DNA of 5,322 nucleotides from a virus (Duplodnaviria; Heunggongvirae; Uroviricota; Caudoviricetes): IMG/VR virus record IMGVR_UViG_2703718820_000005, positions 1 to 5,322 of that record; one strand, 5' to 3'. Shown piece by piece: positions 1 to 4,776 of this stretch (position 1 is its first letter; each line of letters starts with the position of its first letter). The notes under the pieces were generated by a model. It saw only the letters and a program-made list of their open reading frames with translations, ran no database searches and was not told where the DNA came from. The position numbers and the translations under genes were made by a program.

Positions 1-1329
1 ACCGGAACCGATGGCACATACAGTGACGCGAGTGGTGCCTCGGAGAATTCAACCCGCTGGGGTGTGGACAAGCCGCTGTATAAGGACCTTATCGGTCGTA
101 CAAAAGCGGCACTGAAGAAGAACCCGAAAAATGTGCTGTTTGCCGTGGTGTGGATGCAGGGGGAATCTGATTTTGACGGCACGCCGGCAAATCACGCAGC
201 ACAGTTTGGTGCGCTGGTTGATAAATTCCGTGCAGACCTGGCGGATATGGCAGGCCAGTGCGTCGGTGGCTCTGCTGGCGGTGTTCCCTGGATATGTGGA
301 GACACGACGTATTTCTGGAAGCAGAAGAACGAATCCACGTACCAGACGGTGTACGGCAGCTATAAAAACAAAACGGAAAAGAATATCCATTTCGTGCCGT
401 TCATGACCGATGAGAACGGGGTGAATGTGCCGACGAACAAACCGGAAGAAGACCCGGATATTCCGGATATCGGGTATTACGGTTCAAAATGGCGAACGGA
501 CAGAAGCACCTGGACATCTCAGGACAGGGCCAGTCATTTCAGTTCATGGGCACGACGTGGAATTATTTCAGACCGTCTGGCAACGGCGATTCTGAGCTGC
601 GCGGGTAAGTCTTCTGCGTTTGTTAATGGTACTGCCGGGGTGGTTGTTCCAGACAGACCGGTTACCACCTCAGAGTCTGTAATTTTTTACGATGCCAAAA
701 AAGCTTCAGACAATCAGCTGAAACCTTATGGCTGGGACGGTATGGATGGCAGACGCACACTGGTTGATGACAGCGGCAATAAAGCTCTGCGAATTGAGAA
801 GCGGGAGAGTACAAAATCCTGGTCCATGTTCCGTGATATTGCAGCAGACAAGGCAAAACTTTTACTGGAAAAAGGCGGGGAAATTGCTGTCCGGTTTAAA
901 ATCCCCGAAAACGTCAATCTTGAAACAACCAAAAACAAGTATGCCTTTGGCCTGTACTGGAAAACTGGTGAATGGCCGGGTGAGGGCGGTGAAGGCTATC
1001 TGAGTTCTTTCTTTGTCCAGACAGATAAAGCCAGTATTGATGTTGCATACCATCATACAGGTAATCAACAAAAAGAACTTGGCACGTTTGGCGCGTTCGA
1101 CCATGACTGGCATACGCTTGCCTTTAAATTTAAGGGCGGTAACAGCATTAATGTTACTCCGGTGCTTGATGGTCAGGATGGAGCGGCCTTCGACCTGGTG
1201 AAATGGACCAATACTGCTAATGAACTCAACAGGTTTGTTGTTACGGATATCACAGCGAATGCTGAAACTTACCCTGTGCTCATTGATACGGTGGAAGTCA
1301 AAGTAAACAGCGTTGATACAGCTGCATAA
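1..1329 (+). CDS. nanS-p: Sialate O-acetylesterase, NanS-p-like, 3' portion; the reading frame is open from base 1, so the gene starts upstream of the window (position 64 is only an internal Met)
   Basis: Frame 1 is open from position 1 to TAA at 1327-1329. It contains a WMQGESDF block typical of sialate O-acetylesterase (SGNH-type) domains, followed by a ~240-aa C-terminal extension. The position immediately upstream of a 933W-type S/R lysis cassette matches the known location of nanS-p in Stx-type lambdoid phages. Assignment is from memory of the family, not a search. Confidence 0.7.
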   Translation, partial: TGTDGTYSDASGASENSTRWGVDKPLYKDLIGRTKAALKKNPKNVLFAVVWMQGESDFDGTPANHAAQFGALVDKFRADLADMAGQCVGGSAGGVPWICGDTTYFWKQKNESTYQTVYGSYKNKTEKNIHFVPFMTDENGVNVPTNKPEEDPDIPDIGYYGSKWRTDRSTWTSQDRASHFSSWARRGIISDRLATAILSCAGKSSAFVNGTAGVVVPDRPVTTSESVIFYDAKKASDNQLKPYGWDGMDGRRTLVDDSGNKALRIEKRESTKSWSMFRDIAADKAKLLLEKGGEIAVRFKIPENVNLETTKNKYAFGLYWKTGEWPGEGGEGYLSSFFVQTDKASIDVAYHHTGNQQKELGTFGAFDHDWHTLAFKFKGGNSINVTPVLDGQDGAAFDLVKWTNTANELNRFVVTDITANAETYPVLIDTVEVKVNSVDTAA

Positions 1330-1335
1330 CTTCTG

Positions 1336-1369
1336 AAAAAAAACGCCAGCCACAACAGTTGCGCTGGCG
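1336..1369 (-). terminator. Intrinsic terminator readable on the minus strand (GC hairpin followed by U8 on the minus strand)
   Basis: CGCCAGC (1344-1350) pairs with GCTGGCG (1363-1369) around a 12-nt loop. The A8 run at 1336-1343 becomes a U8 tract 3' of the hairpin on the minus strand; there is no T-tract on the + side. Confidence 0.45.
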
Positions 1370-1420
1370 GTGGTAATCCCCATGGAGGAAGTAGGACATT
1401 AGATTTCGAACATCGGCTAT

Positions 1421-1450
1421 GTTTTAAACAAAAATAGTTCCTGGTGTCAA
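1421..1450 (-). promoter_or_regulatory. Candidate sigma70 promoter on the minus strand (perfect -35 TTGACA, weak -10)
   Basis: The reverse complement of 1445-1450 is TTGACA. At 16-18 bp downstream on the minus strand lie TTTAAA / TTAAAA / TAAAAC, each only a 3-4/6 match to TATAAT. A transcript from here would end at the 1336-1369 terminator, roughly 50-80 nt. Confidence 0.25.
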
Positions 1451-1468
1451 CAATAACGGTGAGAAATT

Positions 1469-1651
1469 ATGACATTTATACATCAGTTAATGCTGTACTT
1501 CTGTACGGCGGTCTGTGTGCTGTATCTCCTTTCGGGTGGGTACAGGGCAGTGCGCGATTTCTGGCGCAGGCAGATTGACAAAAGGGCCGCTGAGAAAATC
1601 AGCGCCAGTCAGTCAGCCGGAAGCAAACCCGAAGAGCCCGTTACTCCTTAA
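1469..1651 (+). CDS. Small hypothetical membrane protein, 60 aa (N-terminal hydrophobic helix, charged C-terminal tail)
   Basis: ATG at 1469 is preceded by GGTGAG at 5-nt spacing. The peptide has a hydrophobic segment LMLYFCTAVCVLYLL followed by an R/K/E-rich tail. No family recognised. Confidence 0.45.
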   Translation: MTFIHQLMLYFCTAVCVLYLLSGGYRAVRDFWRRQIDKRAAEKISASQSAGSKPEEPVTP

Positions 1652-1676
1652 CAACCCCTTTCAGCGAGAAAATCCC

Positions 1677-1949
1677 ATGTCAGATATCACATCCCTGGTC
1701 ACTGCTGAGGCAGTGAAGGAAGTCCTGCGCTCTGAAGAAGTCCTGAGCGCACTGAAACAAAAACTCCGCCAGAATCTTGAGGCGCGTCTTGATGCAGAAG
1801 TGGATGCCATTCTGGATGAGCTGCTTGGTGTACAGGCAGAGCCAGCGACTGAAGCGGGAGATACCCCCGCAGAGAGCGGTGAAGTTCAGCCTGAATCACC
1901 GGTCGCCGATGCGACTGAACCTCAACCCGAATCGGTCATGATGTTGTAA
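1677..1949 (+). CDS. Small acidic hypothetical protein, 90 aa (Glu/Asp-rich, predicted helical N-terminus, Pro/Glu-rich C-terminus)
   Basis: ATG at 1677 with a weak GAGA Shine-Dalgarno 7 nt upstream; open to TAA at 1947-1949. The longer 1515 start in the ORF track would overlap the preceding ORF and lacks an RBS. No family recognised with certainty. Confidence 0.5.
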   Translation: MSDITSLVTAEAVKEVLRSEEVLSALKQKLRQNLEARLDAEVDAILDELLGVQAEPATEAGDTPAESGEVQPESPVADATEPQPESVMML

Positions 1950-1960
1950 CGGGGAGTCAG

Positions 1961-1997
1961 GGCCATCAGTAAACAGCTGCTGGCCTTTTTCATGTTG
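1961..1997 (+). terminator. Intrinsic terminator-like hairpin plus T-tract about 30 bp upstream of the holin start
   Basis: GGCCATCAG (1961-1969) pairs with CTGCTGGCC (1977-1985) with one mismatch around a 7-nt loop, followed by TTTTTCATGTTGT. Confidence 0.45.
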
Positions 1998-2025
1998 TGA
2001 GCTTCCGGATTGCGGGAGACGGGGT

Positions 2026-2241
2026 ATGTACCAGATGGAAAAAATCACAACAGGTGTGTCATACACCACGTCAGCGGTGGGAACGGGCTACTGGTTCCTT
2101 CAGTTGCTGGACAGGGTTTCCCCGTCTCAGTGGGCGGCAATAGGCGTGCTGGGGAGTCTGCTGTTTGGGCTGCTGACGTACCTGACGAACCTGTATTTCA
2201 AGATTAAAGAAGACCGGCGTAAGGCGGCACGGGGAGAGTAG
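2026..2241 (+). CDS. S: Class II holin (pinholin) of the phage 21 / 933W S type, 71 aa, with dual-start motif
   Basis: The protein [71 protein letters not shown] matches my recollection of S21/EssD-type pinholins closely: two transmembrane segments, a charged C-terminus, and Met1/Met4 dual starts (ATG at 2026 and 2035). GGAG lies 7 nt upstream. Confidence 0.9.
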   Translation: MYQMEKITTGVSYTTSAVGTGYWFLQLLDRVSPSQWAAIGVLGSLLFGLLTYLTNLYFKIKEDRRKAARGE

Positions 2242-2802
2242 GTGATGAACCATGAAGAAATGAATCAGCGCTTCAGTCGTCTGGAAAATGAAATTGCTGA
2301 ACTGAATAAAAAACTGTCGGCGCTGATGCCTTCTGAAGATGAAAAAAAACGCCGCGATGAGCAGTTTGCTGCGTTTGACGATTATTGTCGGAAAGTGATG
2401 AGCAGAAATCTCGCAGAGTGTTTCAGTATTCATAATGATAATTTCAGTGAGCTGGAATGGGAGTGTAACCGGCCATCCTTTGTTGTATCCGGTGATGCTG
2501 GGAAAATAACCATCTCAGAAAATGGGAAAGTAACACCTCCATCGCACCAGCACAGTGAGGAGTTCATTGAATTTGCCATTGATTACCTGAAGAACAATAA
2601 AAAGCAGGGGCTGATGAAGCGCGTTGGCCGTTGCATGGGATATCTTCAGGTAGCCGCTGAGATTGAAGCGCTGGCCAGTGGTGCTGATAAGGATGCAATT
2701 GTGCGGGAGGCTCTTCTTCGTGATTTTAATACTCCACCCTTTAAAAAAGTGCCGGCTTACTGGCTTCATCCGGGGCTGACTTATCTTAAAGTGCGTATTT
2801 AG
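2242..2802 (+). CDS. Hypothetical soluble protein, ~185 aa, inserted between holin and endolysin; N-terminal coiled-coil-like segment; function unknown
   Basis: Uninterrupted 561-bp ORF. GGGGAGAG (2231-2238) sits 6 nt before ATG 2245 (GTG 2242 is also possible), and the start abuts the S stop at 2239-2241, indicating translational coupling. The gene looks A+T-richer than its neighbours by eye (about 41% GC in the first 100 nt, counted by hand). No transmembrane segment and no catalytic motif recognised. Confidence 0.7.
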   Translation: MMNHEEMNQRFSRLENEIAELNKKLSALMPSEDEKKRRDEQFAAFDDYCRKVMSRNLAECFSIHNDNFSELEWECNRPSFVVSGDAGKITISENGKVTPPSHQHSEEFIEFAIDYLKNNKKQGLMKRVGRCMGYLQVAAEIEALASGADKDAIVREALLRDFNTPPFKKVPAYWLHPGLTYLKVRI

Positions 2803-2838
2803 TGGGCCAGGGACAGCGGCTGAATATTTAATATATCC

Positions 2839-3372
2839 ATGAACACCAAAATCAAATACGGCCTGTTGGCTGCCGTTCTGGCGCTGATTGCCGCTGGTGC
2901 GCCTGCGCCTGACATTCTCGACCAGTTTCTGGATGAAAAGGAAGGTAACCACACCACGGCATACCGTGATGGCGCGGGTATCTGGACCATCTGTCGCGGT
3001 GCCATTCTGGTGGATGGTAAACCTGTCGTCCCGGGCATGAAGTTGTCGAAGGAGAAATGCGACCAGGTTAACGCCATCGAACGTGATAAGGCGCTGGCAT
3101 GGGTGGAGAAAAACATCAAAGTGCCATTGACCGAACCCCAGAAAGCGGGGATCGCGTCATTCTGTCCGTACAACATTGGTCCCGGTAAGTGTTTCCCGTC
3201 GACGTTTTACAGACGAATTAATGCTGGTGATCGCAGGGGAGCATGTGAGGCGATTCGCTGGTGGATTAAGGACGGTGGCAGAGACTGCCGTATTCGTTCA
3301 AACAACTGCTACGGTCAGGTATCCCGTCGTGACCAGGAGAGCGCGCTGGCGTGCTGGGGTATCGACAGATAA
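2839..3372 (+). CDS. R: SAR endolysin (T4-lysozyme-like muramidase, glycoside hydrolase family 24), 177 aa
   Basis: N-terminal Gly/Ala-rich weakly hydrophobic signal-arrest-release segment YGLLAAVLALIAAGAPAP. The catalytic triad sits at E35, D44 and T50 within EGNHTTAYRDGAGIWT, exactly as spaced in phage 21 R. Overall the protein matches my memory of the 933W/Qin-type R lysozyme. Confidence 0.92.
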   Translation: MNTKIKYGLLAAVLALIAAGAPAPDILDQFLDEKEGNHTTAYRDGAGIWTICRGAILVDGKPVVPGMKLSKEKCDQVNAIERDKALAWVEKNIKVPLTEPQKAGIASFCPYNIGPGKCFPSTFYRRINAGDRRGACEAIRWWIKDGGRDCRIRSNNCYGQVSRRDQESALACWGIDR

Positions 3373-3466
3373 GCAGAATATTTTGCTGAAAAATAAGGCA
3401 TGGCCACGCGGGCGGATAACATGAAATCCTGCGAACTGGCGAAACGTAAGTGAATAAAAGTAAAAA

Positions 3467-3500
3467 CCCCGTTTGTTGGCAGCAAGCGGGGTTTTGTTTT
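3467..3500 (+). terminator. Intrinsic (rho-independent) terminator inside the lysis cassette, downstream of R
   Basis: CCCCGTTTG (3467-3475) pairs with CAAGCGGGG (3483-3491): a 9-bp stem with one G-U pair around a 7-nt loop, followed by TTTTGTTTT and preceded by AAAAA. Confidence 0.6.
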
Positions 3501-3566
3501 TATGGCAGTAAGCTATGGGAGGCTGCCTTGATTGATTTTAGCAAACTGATTAGGGAGTTGCGACTC

Positions 3567-3662
3567 ATGATTAGTCAATTACCAAACTGGAAATTTTTGC
3601 TGGTCTGGAGCATCCCTTTTTTATGGGTAGTATCCCAGTTAATTGTGGCAATTAAGGGGTAG
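3567..3662 (+). CDS. Candidate micro-ORF, 31-aa hydrophobic peptide
   Basis: ATG at 3567 with AGGGAG 9 nt upstream. The peptide MISQLPNWKFLLVWSIPFLWVVSQLIVAIKG has one predicted transmembrane helix. Its stop at 3660-3662 lies 2 nt before the next start. The longer 3450 start in the ORF track would run through the terminator hairpin, so it is disfavoured. Confidence 0.3.
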   Translation: MISQLPNWKFLLVWSIPFLWVVSQLIVAIKG

Positions 3663-3664
3663 CT

Positions 3665-3796
3665 ATGTCAGACAAACTCATAACGCCGGCAAAGGTCCTG
3701 TGTGTGATTGTCGGTATTTCATTTTCACTAATGCTGGTTGCTCTTTTTCTGTCCCTCGCCTGGGTGATGTTGTCTTCGTCGGGGCTGCTGGGGTGA
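3665..3796 (+). CDS. Candidate micro-ORF, 43-aa single-transmembrane peptide
   Basis: Strong Shine-Dalgarno AAGGGG (3654-3659) 5 nt upstream of ATG 3665. The peptide is MSDKLITPAKVLCVIVGISFSLMLVALFLSLAWVMLSSSGLLG. Confidence 0.45.
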   Translation: MSDKLITPAKVLCVIVGISFSLMLVALFLSLAWVMLSSSGLLG

Positions 3797-3915
3797 CAGT
3801 GACTGATGACATCAGCAGAGCGCTGGCTTTTGCTATTAAGTGGGTGGCTGTTGGTATTGCTGTGTCTCCGATGCTGTATGGGCTGGCAAAACTGGTCATT
3901 GCGCTGAAATCGTGA
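3793..3915 (+). CDS. Candidate micro-ORF, ~40-aa hydrophobic peptide (GTG start overlapping the previous stop), paralogous to the next micro-ORF
   Basis: GTG at 3793 overlaps TGA 3794-3796 in a GTGA coupling arrangement. The peptide ...DDISRALAFAIKWVAVGIAVSPMLYGLAKLVIALKS shares a (D/E)xxRA(L/M)AFAI(K/R)xVA(V/I) block with the 3927 ORF. The start codon is uncertain. Confidence 0.4.
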   Translation: MTVTDDISRALAFAIKWVAVGIAVSPMLYGLAKLVIALKS

Positions 3916-3926
3916 ACTTTAAAAAG

Positions 3927-4013
3927 ATGAGTGCTGAACTTATTCGGGCAATGGCATTTGCCATTCGTATTGTGGCCATTGCTGTTCTGGTCTGGGCAAT
4001 CCGTTGGTGGTGA
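3927..4013 (+). CDS. Candidate micro-ORF, 28-aa hydrophobic peptide, paralogous to the preceding micro-ORF
   Basis: ATG at 3927; its stop TGA 4011-4013 lies 1 nt before the Rz ATG at 4015. The peptide [28 protein letters not shown] aligns with the previous ORF with about 8 identities and 7 conservative changes over 19 residues, while the DNA differs at synonymous positions. Weak RBS. Confidence 0.35.
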   Translation: MSAELIRAMAFAIRIVAIAVLVWAIRWW

Positions 4014-4014
4014 T

Positions 4015-4482
4015 ATGAACCGTGTTCTGTGTGTGGTGATTATTGTCCTGCTGGTAGCCTGTGGTGTGCTTAGTCTGGGGCTGAATCATTACCGCGATAA
4101 CGCCATCACCTACAAAGCGCAGCGCGATAAAAAAGTCAGTGAGCTGAAACTGGCGAATGCCACTATTACTGACATGCAGCAGCGCCAGCGAGATGTCGCT
4201 GCGCTTGATGCCAGATACACGAAGGAATTAGCCGATGCGAGAGCTGAAATTGAAACTCTGCGCGCTGATGTTGCCGCTGGTCGTAAGCGCCTGCGGGTCA
4301 ACGCCACCTGCCCCGGTACCGTGCGTGAAGCCACCGGCACCTCCAGCGTGGATAATGCAACCGGCCCCCGACTGGCAGACACCGCTGAACGGGATTATTT
4401 CATCCTCAGAGAACGGTTGATGACAATGCAGAAGCAGCTGGAAGGGGCGCAGGAATATATCCGCACTCAGTGCCTGAAATAA
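4015..4482 (+). CDS. Rz: Rz i-spanin (inner-membrane spanin subunit), 155 aa
   Basis: N-terminal transmembrane segment [20 protein letters not shown] followed by [17 protein letters not shown] and [24 protein letters not shown], closely matching my memory of lambda Rz. It has a coiled-coil periplasmic domain. The start at 4015 is chosen by homology over the upstream GTG 3931. Confidence 0.9.
   Translation: MNRVLCVVIIVLLVACGVLSLGLNHYRDNAITYKAQRDKKVSELKLANATITDMQQRQRDVAALDARYTKELADARAEIETLRADVAAGRKRLRVNATCPGTVREATGTSSVDNATGPRLADTAERDYFILRERLMTMQKQLEGAQEYIRTQCLK
4235..4420 (+). CDS. Rz1: Rz1 o-spanin (outer-membrane lipoprotein spanin subunit), 61 aa, embedded in the +1 frame of Rz
   Basis: Lipobox LVVSAC with Cys20, and a proline-rich mature part [27 protein letters not shown] nearly identical to lambda Rz1 as remembered. 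AAGGAA lies 7 nt upstream of ATG 4235. The gene is wholly inside Rz in a different frame. Confidence 0.85.
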   Translation: MRELKLKLCALMLPLVVSACGSTPPAPVPCVKPPAPPAWIMQPAPDWQTPLNGIISSSENG

Positions 4483-4494
4483 GTTTTGCTGATG

Positions 4495-4513
4495 CGCCGT
4501 ATCGTCGCCGTAT
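4495..4513. repeat. Direct repeat CGCCGTAT x2 with an 11-bp period in the Rz-terS spacer
   Basis: CGCCGTAT occurs at 4495-4502 and again at 4506-4513, one helical turn apart. Confidence 0.5.
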
Positions 4514-4776
4514 TCCCGCATTAACAGAGACCGCAGCCACCTTATCTGCGTGAGTGTGCGGGGGTAATCAAAAACGATGCACACCGGGTTTTCTCATTTT
4601 TCACGAGATGGGAGCGATTTCCCGCGAAGCCGCCTGTCCGGTGCGGTGGTGGAAGAAACCGGATAAAACAACCGCATTGTACAAATATCGATCAAACATG
4701 GCGCTGCTGTGTGAAATCTGAAAAATCACAGCGGCCATTGTGCATCAGTTTTTAACAGAGGACGTCAGAAAGTGAC

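Noticed and set aside
49-1383. Minus-strand ORFs 49..390 (113 aa) and 862..1383 (173 aa), and + strand out-of-frame ORFs 131..406, 728..1003 and 1013..1201, all inside the esterase gene
   Set aside because: They lie wholly within or antisense to the long, motif-bearing esterase frame, have no ribosome-binding sites and give low-complexity translations, so they are most likely shadow ORFs.
1515-1949. Extended 144-aa version of the acidic ORF starting at 1515
   Set aside because: The extension overlaps the 1469..1651 ORF in another frame and is Cys/Gly-rich and unlike the rest of the protein; the internal ATG at 1677 with an upstream GAGA is the more plausible start.
2010-2433. ORF 2010..2207 (+, 65 aa) and minus-strand ORF 2071..2433 (120 aa) overlapping the holin
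   Set aside because: They are out of frame or antisense to a holin with near-perfect family resemblance and a proper RBS and dual start; both are shadow ORFs.
2515-3424. Minus-strand ORFs 2515..2952 and 2799..3176, and + strand ORF 3176..3424 (82 aa), overlapping the 186-aa gene and the endolysin
   Set aside because: They are antisense to or frame-shifted within coding regions supported by catalytic-site conservation (endolysin) or translational coupling, and have no RBS or recognisable features.
3450-3662. 70-aa ORF 3450..3662 as a single gene
   Set aside because: Its 5' half runs straight through the terminator hairpin and U-tract at 3467-3500. Only the 3' portion from ATG 3567, which has an AGGGAG RBS, is kept as a low-confidence micro-ORF.
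3643-3915. 90-aa ORF 3643..3915 as a single gene
   Set aside because: Its 5' part overlaps the better-supported 3665..3796 micro-ORF (strong AAGGGG RBS) in another frame; only the 3' part from GTG 3793 is kept.
3931-4482. 183-aa N-terminally extended Rz starting at GTG 3931
   Set aside because: Homology to lambda Rz begins at the Met at 4015, and the extension overlaps the 3927..4013 micro-ORF; the shorter start is more consistent.
4110-4584. Minus-strand ORFs 4110..4382 and 4228..4584 antisense to Rz and Rz1
   Set aside because: They are antisense to two overlapping genes with strong homology and have Ala/Arg/Ser-rich translations typical of reverse frames of GC-rich coding DNA.
4555-4600. 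Possible intrinsic terminator after Rz (GTGTGC...GCACAC followed by a T-rich run)
   Set aside because: The stem is only 6 bp with an 18-nt loop and the T-run is interrupted, which is too weak to call a terminator by eye. It is mentioned only as part of the spacer finding.
4710-4730. CRP-like palindrome TGTGA...TCACA
   Set aside because: The half-sites are separated by 11 nt rather than the 6 nt of a CRP site, so it is not called as a CRP operator. It may still be a binding site for another dimeric protein or a small hairpin.
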